A stretch of 48,978 nt of DNA from Chiloscyllium plagiosum (GCF_004010195.1 NC_057720.1:13225508-13274485), one strand, 5' to 3'; positions 1-12,968 are shown, counted from the stretch's first letter. The notes: generated from the sequence alone by a model not told the origin. Translations and numbers: made by a program.

Positions 1-599
1 CACACTGCCCTCGAAGCGGCTGCAGGGGGAACGAGAATGTCACACACGTCCTTCTGGAATGTGCCTAAGCAGGGGAAGTCTGGAGAGGAATGCAGTGGTG
101 TCTGTCGAGGTTCGTCCCGAGCAGCGCCGTGACGCGGGACTCCGTGCTCTACGGCCTGTTCCCCGGGACGCACACCGAGACGAACATCAACTGTGCCTGG
201 AGGATCATCAATTCGGTGAAGGACGCTCTCTGGGTGGTCCGAAACCTGTTTATCTTCCAGCTGAAGGAGTTGACCCCGACTGAGTGTTGCAGACTGGCAC
301 ATTCCATGGTCCAGGACTACGTGTTGAGGGATGCGCTGAAGCTTGGGGCAGCTGCCGCCAAGGCGCGGTGGGGGAAGACCACCGTCTAACATCTGCCTGC
401 CTAATGAAGAACAGGGGGCCCACGCAGTCATTTGGGCTCCGCTGGTGTCTGAGCTCAATGTAATCGCACTAACCTGTGAATATGAATGATTACCCTGTTT
501 CGATACGTAAAGAAATGGAATGTTTACAGAATGATGACATGTCCAATTGTATAGATTAAATATATATGAATAAAGTATATTTTTGAAATAAAAAAAAAA
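1..599 (+). mobile_element. 3' end of an L1/Tx1-like LINE (ORF2 C-terminus, 3' UTR, polyA)
   Basis: Frame from base 3 reads HCPRSGCRGNENVTHVLLECA*..., a CCHC knuckle with one stop at 66-68, continuing into ORF 90-389 (KDALWVVRNLFIF). AATAAA at 569-574 and an A tail to 599. CpG-rich relative to the flanks. Confidence 0.8.
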
Positions 600-695
600 T
601 ATCCCTCCGAATCCTTCCTATTCATATCCCATCCTGTTGCCTTTTAAATGTTGCAATTGTACTAGCCTCCATCACTTCCTCTGGGATCTCATTCT
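600..695 (-). mobile_element. CR1 (HER1-like) 3' fragment
   Basis: Reverse complement of the CR1 3' region seen at 10630-10720. Confidence 0.75.
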
Positions 696-2177
696 AGCAG
701 TGGGTAAGAATGTTACACAATCTCTTCCCGTGTTCCCCCAGAGGGCAAATTTGGCAACCACAGAAGAAATACTGGATCCACATTAACTTCAATCCCCAGG
801 ATGTCCTTCAACTCCCTTACTGTAACACTCCAGTATCTCTGGATCTTACAACATGACCACTAGCAGTGTGTAAGAGTGCCTATGCTAATTTTTCTTTTGG
901 GGCACCCTGGTGACGCTCCTCTTTTGAACTTAACCAGCCTGTCTGGCGCCATATGAACCCTGTGTAAAATTTTCAATTGCATGGCCTGTGCTATGTTACA
1001 TACTGAAATTTTCCTTACATTTTCCCATATATCTTCCCATACCTCCAATGAGATATCTTCGCCTAGCTCTCGATTCCACGTCCTACAGAGTCTCTCCAAG
1101 TCCCCTAAGCATGTCCTTTCTGTAAATGATACAAAGTACTAACTGAAAGAGCGCCCGTACATTGGAGCACTCTTTTCTCCGTGTGTGACTTGTAAAACTG
1201 AGTCAGGAGCGTGGTCTTCCTCTGTATATAATCTGTTATCTGAAAGATCGGAAAAGGTCACTATTAGACAATCCATGTTTCTGACCCAGCTGGCTAAATG
1301 GCACCAAGACCCCATCTCGAATAAATCTCCCAGACGAGATTCCATTATTCTCTCATAACCTAAAGCCGGAGTCCATTGCCCCAGGGTTAAATCCTTGGGC
1401 TCCCACCAATGGGGTAAACGGTAAGGTCTTAAGCCAATTGCCGTCCTCTTGCCTCATTATCCTCCAGGTGTTCACCATATTTAAAATGATTGGATTCTTA
1501 CAATGCTCGGTCATGGATTTCACCTTATCCGTAAATAATAAATTAGCGAGGGGACATCTTGACTGCGAGGCTTCAACATCAAGTTAAATTGACTCCATAT
1601 TAGCCTGTACCCAGTCACCAACATATGCTAACCAGGCGCTTATTTGATATCTCTTCAAGTCCTCTTCAATGGATCCACTCCTCCTTCACCCTGCGAAAGC
1701 TGAAATTTGATAAGTTTAATTAGGAGGCACTGGCGACACCAAATAAAAGAACCTAACCAACCATTGAGCCTCCGTAATGCTCGTCTAGGTGTCAATAACT
1801 GGAGCATTCTAATGAGGTACAACAGGCGAGGAAGAACATTCATTTTAATCAGGGCTATTTAGCCTAACCATGATAACGGTAATCCCTCCCACCGCTCCAA
1901 ATCTTCTTTTATCCTCTCCAGTAGTTGTACATTGGTGGAAGGCAAGGGTAATAAAAATTCCCAAATACAGAAAACCTTTTAACAACCATCTAAATGGGAA
2001 CTGCATTCTGTCCTTCAGATCAGGCACCTCCACTAATCCCCCCACTGTCATGGCTTCCGATTTTGTAAAGTTGATCCTGTAGCCCGAAAAACTGCCAAAT
2101 AAATTAATTGTTTGAATCAATCGCGAAATGGACTCCTCCAGATTAGCCAAGAACAAAAGGACGTCATCAGCGTGGTA
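696..2177 (-). mobile_element. Decayed L1-clade LINE ORF2 (RT to C-terminal zinc knuckle)
   Basis: Minus-strand frames give YHADDVLLFL (2177), FGSFSGYRINFTKSEAM, MNVLPRLLYL, MQLKILHRVH and CPK...GTLTHC; frameshifted. Confidence 0.85.
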
Positions 2178-2239
2178 AGGGGTGTCGTTTTAAAAAGTTC
2201 CTGAAGCATTCAGATTTATGGGCTTTATTAATAGGGGGT

Positions 2240-2810
2240 AATAGAGTAAACAGGAGAAATTATGCTGAGATTTCATGACTTTTTTGTTGGGCCTCACCTG
2301 GAGTATTGTGTACAGTTCCAGTTGCCACGCGATAAGAGGGATGTGAATGCATTGGAAATATACAGAAGAGATTTACAGGAACAGTTCCAGGGATGAAAAG
2401 CTGAACTAATATGGACAGCTTGGAGAGATTGGAACTGTTGTCCTTGAAGAGAAAAAGATTAAGAGGAAACCTGATAGCAATCATTCTGCGGTTGGATAGA
2501 GTAGGTAGGGAGCAACTGTTCCTCCTTGTAGAAGGAATGAAAATGAGAGGGCACAGATTTAAAGTGATTTGCAAAAGAAGCAGTTATGATATGGAAAAAA
2601 AACCTCTCTCAGTTTAATTCAGGAATGCACTGCCTGGAACTGTGGTGGAGACAGGTTCAGTTGAGGTGTTCAAGTGTCATTGTTTCTATTCAATAGTGAT
2701 CTAATGTACAAGGATATGTAGATAAGGCAAGAGAATGGCACCAAGTCATGATGCTCATTTGGCAAAGTGTGTGGACACTATGGGTGGGGATAGCTTCCTT
2801 CTGTGTCATA
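2240..2810 (+). mobile_element. Old CR1 3' fragment
   Basis: ctggagtattgtgtacagttc (LEYCVQF) and LELLSLKRKRLRGNLI...MRGHRFKV. Confidence 0.75.
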
Positions 2811-2829
2811 ATGCTTCTATAATTTTCTG

Positions 2830-3680
2830 AATGCCCCTTCCACAAATTTTGTAAGTTTCATTTGGATAACCCCTCATTCTTTTAAACCAAAACTGCACAA
2901 AATAATTCAGATGCAATCTCGCTAAGGTTCAATACAGTTGAAGCAAGGCATCTTTACCCCTGCTTAAAAATGTGTTGCTGGAACAGCGCAGCAGGTCAGG
3001 CAGCATCAAAGGAACAGGAGAATCGATGTTTCGGGCATAAGCCCTTCTTCAGGAATCTTTACCCCTGTACTAAAATCCTATTACAGTAAAGGCCAATATA
3101 CCAATTGCTTTCCTGATTTCTTGGTGTCCTTACATGATAACAAGAACAAGAACACCATCTCCCTTTGGACATCAAAACTATCCATATTCTCACTATTTAA
3201 CAACAAATTACTCTGCACAACTGCTCCTCCCACAAAAGCGGATAGCTTCATACTTATCCAAATGGTATTCTGTCTTTCCCACTCAGTGATCCTATCCAAA
3301 TCTCCTGAAGCTTCTTTGCATCACCTTCACAGCACACATTTCCATTAATGATTGCATCATCAACAAAACTGGAAATATTATATTTGATCTCCATGTCTGA
3401 GTAATTGGTATAGATGCAAGCACTGATCCTTGCAGCACCCCGCAATTCTCAACCTGATTATTCCCCAGTTATTCCTACTGTTTTCTGTCTGTTAACCAAT
3501 CCTTAATCCATGTCGGTCTGTTTCCCCTATCTCCTGTGCTGTAATTTGTTTACTAACCTGCCTTTTCAAAAGCCGCCTTAAGATTCAAACAGTGTATCTA
3601 TTGTTTAATTCTGATCTATTCTGCTAATATCCTCCTCAAAAAAACCATTCCAGCTTGTCAAACAATTTATTTCCTCTATT
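2830..3680 (-). mobile_element. Old CR1 RT fragment interrupted by a mini-Penelope insert
   Basis: Minus-strand ISSFVDD..INGNVCCEGDAKKLQ, the CR1 RT FADD region. Confidence 0.7.
2963..3054 (-). mobile_element. 92-bp Penelope-like terminal fragment with hammerhead motif and 13-bp TSD
   Basis: Direct repeat atctttacccctg at 2950-2962 and 3055-3067. Minus strand starts tcCTGAAGAagggcttatgcccGAAAcATC. Confidence 0.85.
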
Positions 3681-4764
3681 CCCTTTGCAATTTCTGTTTT
3701 CAGTTTGGATCTGTCTGAAAATATAGAATTTTAAAAGCACATTCCATTACTATTTGGAACAGAGGACCGAAAAAATGTCTTCATTCAGAGCCTGTGGAAG
3801 TCACTTCATTGTTGAGGCAGGATCTGTGTCAACATTGAGGATTACTTGGGTAAATGAAAGAAAAGGTGTTGAAAGGATAAAGGAACCAGGTGGGTAAACA
3901 TAATTAGCTCGCTGAGAAGATGTAAACACTAACATGAACAGGTCAAGATGAATGGCTGCTTCCTGTAGTCTGTATATGTGTGATCTACCCACCTGCATTC
4001 TCAGAATATTTCATTAATGTGTTCAGGAGAACCTATTAAATTAGATTATGTTGAGTCTGATGATGCATATCATGTGTAAGAAATAAGAATGTACCTAGTG
4101 GGTAATCTTTCTGTTACATGCCCTACATTTGCAGTTGTGTAGTTAAGACAGATATCAAAGATTTGTATTCAGTGCAAGTACTGGAATCTAAATAGTAAAC
4201 CAGATGTTTTAATAACATTTATTTTAATATATTGTGGAATTTATTATAAATTGTTATTACTTCCATTTTTAATGACTGAATTGTGAGATGTTGCTTACAC
4301 TCTGCAATCTGGAAAACAAATTGAAATCTAATTTTACTCTTTTTATACTGTATGATCTTTAAGCTCTAAGCAGCCTCTGAGCAGGAAGATGCAAGTATAT
4401 GTATTGCCTCATGCATAAAATGGATTTATCAGACTGTGTATGCAGTACACTCAGTTATTTAAATACCTTGGCACTCAGCATTTTCCTAGATGATTAATTT
4501 GTACTTGAATATGAAGTTTGTTTTTCGAGTAACAAATATTCCCATTCAAAGTAAGCATGTTTAGCTTCTAATTCCATGCTAATCTTGACATTCGCATCTC
4601 ACAAATACAGGTACCAAATATAGATACTAAATATAGATATAGTCACCCATCACAAAATAAGTGGAGCAAAATTAGCTTATTTGATTTAATACCCTTGGTT
4701 GAAGTCTTGGTCTTGTGAGGTGTCTGGTTTGCATAATGGTGATCAGCTCTGAATTGCGCATCAT

Positions 4765-4960
4765 ACAGGCAGGAAGAACACAGCAAGCCAGGCAGCATCA
4801 GGAGGTGGAGAAGTTGACGTTTCTGGGCCAAGACCTTTCATCAGGATTGTGGAGGGGGAGGGAGCTCAGAAATAATGGCGTGGGGGGGAATGTAGATGGG
4901 ATAGGGATAGGCGGATGCAGGTAGGGGATTATTGTGATGTGAGTGGGATGGGATATTTTG
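4765..4960 (-). mobile_element. Penelope-like terminal fragment (different subfamily) with hammerhead motif
   Basis: Minus strand atcCTGATGAaaggtcttggcccaGAAAcGTCaac (4847-4813), followed by the gatgctgcctgg...ctgtgttcttc tail. Confidence 0.7.
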
Positions 4961-5189
4961 TGCATATCCGGTCTGGCTGAAGAATCCCTAATGGCCTCTG
5001 GTTAATTGTAGAGGAAAATGACAGGCTGAGAAAGTGCACTCTGTTTTTGTGGGCCCACTTTTCAACCTGGTAAGCTTCTCTGCCTGTCTCTTAGAATGTC
5101 TTTCCAACTAGTCAGCCTTTAGATGCCATGACCATTAGCAACTGTCTCCCTGTTGTCAGTACCGACTGTTAATTTGACATTTCAATAAT

Positions 5190-5380
5190 ATAATCATACG
5201 GCATGGAAACAGACCCTTCAGTTCAACTCATTCGTGCTGACCAGACATCTCAATCTGACCTACTCCTCTTTGCCAGCTTTTGGCCCATATCCCCTTCAAC
5301 TCTTTCTATTCTCACACGCATGCCTTTTAAATGTGTCGAATTGTAAAAGTGCCTCCATCATTTCCTCTGGGAGCTCTTTC
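5190..5380 (-). mobile_element. CR1 3' tail fragment
   Basis: catggaaacagacccttc...ggcccatatcc matches the other CR1 tails in the window. Confidence 0.75.
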
Positions 5381-6260
5381 CAAGTTGCAGGAATCCTTTT
5401 TGCATTAGCTAGTCCACTATATGGAGGGTTTTAAAGTATCTCGTATGTGAATATAACAAAACCAACGTGGATGCTGTTGGCTTAACAGTGTGTCTATGTT
5501 GATGAAATGAGTATGCATCAGGACCTCTGAACTGTAAACTTGTCCTGATAAGAGATGTTGAGGATGCATTTGAGACAGTGGACGTGGAACTTGTTCAGCC
5601 TTCTCTTCTCCCTTGTATGAGTTGGCTGAGCCTCAGTACTCTAGTGGAGTGTGCTGAAGATGCAAGCTTTTGGTAAACTTGTTGTTTTCATTCAGAGTGC
5701 TGTTATTTCCATACTCTGCTATTCAACTTGTAGATAGCACCTATTGGTTTTGTGATATGTTTGATTTTGGTATCAAGTGACTGCATGCAATTATGGAGCT
5801 TAGACATTTGAATCTTACCAGCAACCTTCAGCTTCTTGTTGTTGTTCACCAATGGCAATATGGCAACATTGTGGACCATAACATTTGTCGTCTTGATTCA
5901 GATAGTCAAACTAAGCTTGAGAGAGTCTGTCTGCAGGTATTCTTCAGTATGGAATGCTGGTGCGGCTTTGTCATCAGAGAGCTCATTTCCAGTGAGATCT
6001 TGGCACACCTTTGTCTTCGATTGTGGGCGAGGTGGCTTGAACAGCTTTCTGTCTGTCAGGTACAAAGGTAGATACCTGTTTATGATCTGAAAACATATGA
6101 CAGCAACAAAAAAAGAATGGCCTGTTTCCACACTTATTGATTCTATGTTTCTCAGCTAGTAGAAGTGGAATAGGGAAACAGTGCCATGGAAGAGAAAAAT
6201 GAGAGCTTATCGATGCCTTGATGGCTTTTTTAACCACCGTTCACAGACTATGTTCTTTTT

Positions 6261-6616
6261 GGGTGGCACAATGGTTCAGTGGTTAGCACTGCTGCCTCAC
6301 AGTTCCAGGGACCTAGCTTCAATTCTAGCCTCCGGTCTCTGTCTTTGTGGAGTTTGCACATTCACTCCGTATCTGTATGGGTTTTCTCTAGGTGCTCCAG
6401 TTCTCTCCCACAGTCCAGAGATGGACAGATTAGGTTTATTGGCTATGCAAAATTGCTCATAGTGTCCATAGATGTGCAGGCTAGGTGGATTAGCCATGGG
6501 AAATGCAAGGTTACAGGGATAGGATAGAGGTGTGGTTTTGAGTGGGATGCTGTTTAGAGGGTGGATGTGGACTGGATGGGCTGAATGGCCTCGTTTTAGA
6601 CTGCAAGGATTCTATG
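6261..6616 (+). mobile_element. HE1-type tRNA-derived V-SINE
   Basis: tggttcagtggttagcactgctgcctcacag head, V-domain (gtggagtttgcacatt...ctcccacagtcc) and CR1-like tail. Confidence 0.85.
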
Positions 6617-6714
6617 TCATTAAAAAGCTGTGCATAAGCAAGTGGTGATGAGTGTTATAGAGTCATAAATATTATGAAGAATCACAGAATCCTGGCAGTG
6701 TGGAAACAGGCTAC

Positions 6715-6849
6715 GTATGTAAAAACAAGGACTGCAGATGCTGGAAACCAGAGTCTAGATTAGCGTGGTGCTGGAAAAGCACAGCAGGTCAGGCAGCATC
6801 TGAGGAGCAGGAAAATCGGCGTTTCGGGCAAAAACCCTTCATCAGGAAT
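6715..6849 (-). mobile_element. Penelope-like terminal fragment with hammerhead motif
   Basis: Minus strand attcCTGATGAagggtttttgcccGAAAcgcc...ccagcatctgcagtccttgttttt. Possible 7-bp TSD aggctac at 6708-6714 and 6850-6856. Confidence 0.8.
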
Positions 6850-6929
6850 AGGCTACTGCTGTCAGGAAGCAGGGCTAACCATGGAGCTACAGTGTTGCCC
6901 TGGTGGGAGGTTTGAAAAAGATAAGCCTG

Positions 6930-7290
6930 CAGTCATTGGAGTTTAGAAGAATGAGGGAAGGTATAAACAAAACATGTAAGCTTATGAAGAGCTTGAAAAG
7001 ATACTTGTCTTTGTGGGAGAAACTATAACAAGGAGTACAGTTAAAAATCTGTTGCCTTCTATTTAAGACTGAGGTAAGGAAGAATATTTTCTATGAAGGT
7101 TGAACATTTTTGGCACACTTAGTGGAAGTGGATATTTTAAAGGAAGAGGTAGACTTTTGACTAATGAGGGAGCCAAACACTGAAGGCAGTGTGTGGAGTT
7201 GGAGCTGTCATTAAGTAAGCCATGATCTTGTTGAATGGTGGAATAGGCTAGTGGTACTGGGTGACCTAATTCTGCTCCTAATTAGTGTCC
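6930..7290 (+). mobile_element. Old CR1 3' end
   Basis: gagtttagaagaatgagg...tttaagactgagg...agccatgatcttgttgaatggtgg, a typical decayed CR1 3' region. Confidence 0.65.
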
Positions 7291-8439
7291 GTGTGACTGA
7301 TGGAGATCTTCAGAGGATAGCTTCATTTGGAGAGCAGCTATAATGTATAGTTTTAATATACAAAAGCATTTTTGGAAAGAATAATATGTTTGAAAATGTA
7401 TTCATTCTGTTTCAGGTACCAATTATCAGTCTTGAGCATTTCTAGATCAAGTATATGCAGTACAGCAAAATTCAGAGTTAAGATCTCTGCATTCTAACAC
7501 CTATAATTCAATTCTAATCTCAGACAATGATCTTTATTACATGAACGTGACATTTGCCCCATTACCCAGATTAGCCATCTTGGAGTGCAACTCTTCCTAA
7601 TTTGACATCTGGCTAAAGCCTTGGCTTTCAGAGAAGAGAATTTTGCCCTATCTAAATTGGATTTGAATGCAGGTACTAATGGTGAAAATCCAGTTTTCTT
7701 AAATCCCACTTAACCATGGATATTAAAATAACTATTATATTGGATGGGTAATATTACAGTTGACTTTTTTTTAAACATCTAGCTAATTGAGACTGATTTT
7801 ATTGCATATAGAAAAGACATTAAACTGTGTACCTGATTATTGCAACTTTAATCAATTTGTCAGGAATTAGGTTCGTGCATTGCTTTTTTTTTAAAAAAAG
7901 ATAGGATTTGATCTATTACGATTCTCAAATATCTGCCATAGTTTTATGTCTCATACGTACCCCAAAAAAGCAGACTAATAGTCTCCGGCAATCATATAGG
8001 TATAGGTCTGTCTGACTTGAACCTTTAAAAGGATACTTAATATGTACAATATTGATCTTATGTTAATTCCACTAGCATTGTGAGTCAACCAGATCAGGGG
8101 AGCAATTGCTTATTCCCATGAACAGTAGTGACAAACGTATCCACAGTTCAAACAATGTATTAATGCTATTAGTTTTCAGTGTCCCATTGATTTTGTGGTA
8201 TTTGTGAAGAAATGGCAGTTGTACAAAATGCTTTGTAACACTATCACATCGATAACTAAAGCACTTGAGACGAAGAAATGGTTCTGAACTTGATCTTTTA
8301 TATTGAGGGATTGAACCCTCAAGTTTTTGTATTAAAATTAACCAACAGTAAAGTAGGGACATGTATACCAAATATGTCCTTGTGTTCTACTTTAGAAGTG
8401 GCATTGTTATGTAACCCTTGTATCACGAGGCCAGTAATG

Positions 8440-8780
8440 TTGAAGCTTGGACTAGAGGCAGGAGTTCAATTCAATGCAGCTGCTGATAAATTTAACCTTA
8501 TTTGACTGAATAAAATTTAGAGTATGAAGTTAGTATCTGTACACTAATACTGATCTCGAAAATACTGCATGGTGATAGAAGCCTATCTGGTTCACCATTG
8601 TCCTTTCAAGAAGGAATTCTGCCAGTCTGCCCTCTGAGACTACGAATACTCGCAACATAGACTTTTGACTGTGCTTTCAGTAGCCTAGTAAACCACCCAG
8701 TTTCACTCCGTTTGAGGTGGATAATAAGTGTTGACCTTAATGGTGATGCTCACATCCCATGATTAACTAACAAAAAAAAG
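8440..8780 (+). mobile_element. Old SINE whose tail resembles the LINE tails at 19830-19875 and 21825-21880
   Basis: ctggttcacc...tcctttcaagaagga core and an aataagtg...gatgctcacatcccatga...A-rich end. Confidence 0.5.
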
Positions 8781-8981
8781 TACTGTAAAATGATGATAGC
8801 AGCTTAATTAATTTAAAGAAAATCTGATAGTGAAGGGTGAAGTAGTTTTCCCCTCAAACATTATCTCTTGTTCAACAGGGAAATTCATGCAGCTTCTGTT
8901 GGGAGAAGTAGCATTTAAGGACCTTTTAGACTATGTATGTGCAAGTCCAATGCTAAATAGCATGTGCAGGTTTTAATGAAT

Positions 8982-9200
8982 GTAGGTTGGAAGGTTCGTT
9001 TTCAGGCGTATCGTCACCATACTTGGTAACATTTTCAGTGAACTCCGAAAGAAGGAGCACTTCGCTTCATTCGGAGGTTCACTGAAGGTGTTACCTAATT
9101 TGGTGAAGAAACGTCTGAAAAACAAACCTCCCAGCTCAGCCAGCAAACCTATATCCAGAACCTCAACCTGAGCTACAAATCTTCTCAAAACTCGCTAACA
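8982..9200. mobile_element. Penelope-like fragment in an inverted arrangement with two hammerhead motifs
   Basis: Arms about 8989-9049 and 9070-9132 are reverse complements. Flanked by ttttaatg at 8971-8978 and 9203-9210. Confidence 0.75.
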
Positions 9201-9249
9201 ATTTTTAATGCATCAATGAAGAACAATAAGATGTAGAAATGTTTAGAGC

Positions 9250-9320
9250 AGTGGTTCCCAACTTCCTCAGTATCAAGATACACTTCAATAAGACAAACAT
9301 TTCCATGGCATACCCACTTA
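9250..9320 (+). mobile_element. Possible hAT/Charlie-type DNA transposon end
   Basis: CAGTGGTTCCCAAC resembles hAT terminal inverted repeats; no partner TIR was found. Confidence 0.35.
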
Positions 9321-9736
9321 TTTCAGCTGAATTGATTCCTCATAAATGAAAAATTTACTTGCGTCTACTATGGTTGCAACTTTACCTGAGAGGTTTGCAA
9401 CATAGTGCATACAACAAACTAAAAGGGGATCAAAAGCATTAATGTTTCAAGTGCACTTGACAAAACTGTGCCATCTTCAACTGCAAGCACAGATGTATTT
9501 TCAGAATCAGCTCAGCTCAGCTCAACTCAACCATTTCTTACTATTCATGAACAATAGATCCCAGGAGAAAACACAATAAATTCAATCACAATTTAGGACA
9601 GCGAGAACTGAGAACAGTTCAGCATAGGAACAGACCCTTCAGCATACCAAGTCTGTGGCAGCAAATGCCTTCCTAAACTGAAAATCTTTCACTTTAATGC
9701 AATCCATATCCATCTATTCTCTGCTTCTCCATATAC

Positions 9737-10822
9737 AGAACTGACTCAAAGGTAGAAGACAGAGGGTGGTGGTGCAGGGTTGTTTTTCAGACTGGAGGCC
9801 TATGACCAGTGGAGTGCCACAAGGATGGGTGCTGGGTCCTCTACTTTTTATCATTTACATAAATGATTTGGATGCGAGCATAAGAGGTACAGTTAGTAAG
9901 TTTGCAGATTACGCCAAAATTGGAGGTGTAGTGGACAGCGAAGAGGGTTACCTCAGATTGCAACTGGATCTTGACCAGATGGGCCAATGGGCTGATAAGT
10001 GACAAGTGGAGTTTAATTCAGATAAATGCAAGGTGCTGCAGCTTAGGAAAACAAATCTTAGCAGGACTTATACTCTTAATGGTAAGGTCCGAGGGAGTGT
10101 TGCTGAACAAAGAGACCTTGGAGTACAGGTTCATAGCTCCTTGAAAGTGGAGTCGAAGGTAGATAGAATAATGACAAAAGCGTTTGATATGCTTTTGTTT
10201 ATTGGTCAGAGTACTGAGTACAGGAGTTGGGAGGTAATGCTGCGGCTGTACAGGACATTGGTTAGGCCACTGCTGGAATATTGCGTGCAATTCTGGTCTC
10301 CTTCCTATCGGAAAGATGTTGTGAAACTTGAAAGGGTTCAGAAAAGATTTACAAGGATGTTGCCAGGGTTGGAGGATTTGAGCTATAGGAAGAGGCTGAA
10401 CAGGCTGGGGCTGTTTTCCCTGGAGCGTCAGAAGCTGAGGTGTGACCTTTATAGAGGTTTACAAAATTATGAGGGGCATGGATAGGGTAAACTGGCAAAG
10501 TATTTTCCCTGGGGTGGTGGGAGTCCAGTACTAGATGGCATAGGTTTAGGGTGAGAGGGGAAAGATATAAAAGAGACCTAAGGGGCAACGTTTTCACACA
10601 GAGGGTGGTACGTGTATGGAATGAGCTGCCTGAGGAAGTGTGGAGGCTGGTACAATTGCAACATTTAAGAGGCATTTGGATGGATATATGAATAGGAAGG
10701 GTTTAGAGGGATATGGGCCGGATGCTGGCAGGTGGGACCAGATTGGGTTGGGATATCTGGTTGGCATGGACAGGTTGGACCAAAGGGTCTGCTTCCATGC
10801 TGTACATCTCTATGACTCTATC
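9737..10822 (+). mobile_element. 5'-truncated young CR1 (HER1-like) LINE
   Basis: SGVPQG.VLGPLLF, SKFAD..KIGG and LEYCVQFWSP motifs; a stop at 10000-10002; ctatgactcta tail. Confidence 0.92.
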
Positions 10823-10825
10823 TCT

Positions 10826-10898
10826 GGGGGAAAGTGACGACTGCAGATGCTGGAGATCAGCATCGAGAATGTAGTGCTGGAAAAGCACAGTAGGTCCA
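10826..10898 (-). mobile_element. Penelope-like extreme 3' fragment
   Basis: gaaagtgacgactgcagatgctgg...gctggaaaagcacag, the same sequence type as 6720-6790. Confidence 0.7.
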
Positions 10899-10899
10899 T

Positions 10900-11650
10900 A
10901 TATCTGCCGAGATGCCTCTTAACTATTGCAATTGTATGTCCCTCCACCACCTCCTTTGGCAATGCATCCCAGGAATTTACCACCCCTTTGGGGGAAAAAA
11001 AACCTATGTGCCCTAGTGATTGACATTTCTACCCTGAGAAAATGACTATCCATTCTATCTATGCTGTTCATAATTTTGTAAACTTCTGTCAGGTAGCCCC
11101 TCATCCTTCAAAATTCAAGTGAAAATAAATCAAGTTTGTCCAATCTCTACTCATAGCTGATATCCTCCAAACCAGGTGACATCCTGGCAAACCATTTCTG
11201 TCCCCTCTCCAAAGCCCCCAGTTCTGGTGATGTGGTGACCAGAACTGTACATAGTACTCCAAATGTGGCCTAATTAAAGTGTCATGCATCTACAACATGA
11301 CTTTGTCAAGTTTTGAATTGATGAAGGCAAGAATGCCTTATGCCTCTTTGACCATCTCATCCACTTACGTTGCCACTTTCATGCAATTGTTGATATATGT
11401 ACAGCTAGATCCCTCTGTATGTTAATGCTTTCAGGGTTCTGCCATTTGCTTTATACTTGCCTCTATATTCGCCTTCCACCTCGCGTTTGTCTGAATTAAA
11501 CCCAGTCTGTGATTTCTCTGTCCAAGTATCCACTTGTCTATATCCTGCTTTATCCTCTGATAGTCCTCATTATTCGTAGCTCTTCCAATCTTTGTGTCCT
11601 CTGCAAACTTACTAATTGGGTCGCCTACGTTCTTCTCCCTTTTCATAGAA
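10900..11650 (-). mobile_element. Decayed CR1 3' part
   Basis: ISKFAEDTKIG and LIRPHLEYYVQFWSP on the minus strand. Confidence 0.85.
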
Positions 11651-12139
11651 CTGACAAGTAACTGGACACAAGATGTTTTAACTCTGCTTTCTGTCCCATA
11701 GATGTTGCCAAACCTATTGGTTTTTCTAACAATTTCTGCTTGTGCCTTTCAATTACTCTTGTCATCTAAGTTTCCTCAATCTTGCTATCTTTATCCTTAA
11801 TTTACACAGGAGCATATTGTTCCTGAAATCTAATAAACTAGCATTTAAAAAATTCCACATGCCGGATTCCGCATACCCTCAAATAACCACTTGCTGTCTC
11901 CAATTAAACTTAATCAGATTAGTGGAATACCTGGGCTTGCTGTTGCTGAGAGCTTTTTGATCCAGAGAGGAATTGATAAGAGGACCATTTGCAAATCTTA
12001 TTCCATTGACAAATGTTCCCTCCTGTTGTTGTTCCATGTATGCCAATGTTGAAATGCTAGTCCACAGTTATGTTGTTGCAAACAGCATGAGTACAGCAAT
12101 AGCGTGGTCACAGGATTATCGCATATTCGTGTGCTGCAG

Positions 12140-12968
12140 TCAACAGGAGATCTTGATCAGATGGACTGAGGAGCCGCAGATAAAGTTTAGTTTAGATAAA
12201 TGTGAGATGTTGCATTTTGTAAAGGCAAATCAGGGCAGGACAAATACCCCTAATGGTAGGATCCTGGGGAGAGTTGCTGAATAAAGACCATGGGGTGCAG
12301 GTTCATAGTTACTTGAAAATGGAATCACAGGTAGAGAGGGCAGTGAAGAAGGTATTTGGTAACGCTTACCTTTCTTGGTCAGTGCATTAAGAATAGGAGT
12401 TGAGATGTCATGTTGTAGCTGTACAGGATGTTGGTGAGGCCACTTCTGGAATACTGCATTCAGCACTGGTCTTCCTATCACAGGAAAGGATCTTGTGAAA
12501 CTTGATGGGGTTCAGAAAACTTATAAGGACATTGTTGAGGTTGAAGGGTTTGAGCTATAGGGAAAGGCTGAATAGGCTGGGACTATTTTCCTTGGAGCTT
12601 TGGAGGCTGAGGGGAGACCTCTATAGAGGTTTACAAAATCATGAGGGGCATCAACAGGTAAATAGATAAGATCTTTTTCCCCAGAATAGAGGAGTCCAAA
12701 ACTAGATGGCAAAGGTTTAAGATGAGAGGGGGTAGATTTCCAATAGACTTAAGGGGCACCTTTTTCACGCAGGATGGTGCATGTATGCAATGAGCTGCCA
12801 AACGAAGTGCTGGAGGCTGGTACAATTACAACATTTAAATGGGTATATGAATTGGAAGACTTCAGAGGGATATTGGTCAAATGCAGCAAATGGGACTAGG
12901 TAGGAGATCTGGTCTGCATGGAGGAGTTGAACAAAAGGATCTGTTTCCGTGCTATGAACTCTCTGACT
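12140..12968 (+). mobile_element. CR1 3' part
   Basis: KCEMLHF..ANQGR; colinear with 9960-10820. Confidence 0.85.
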
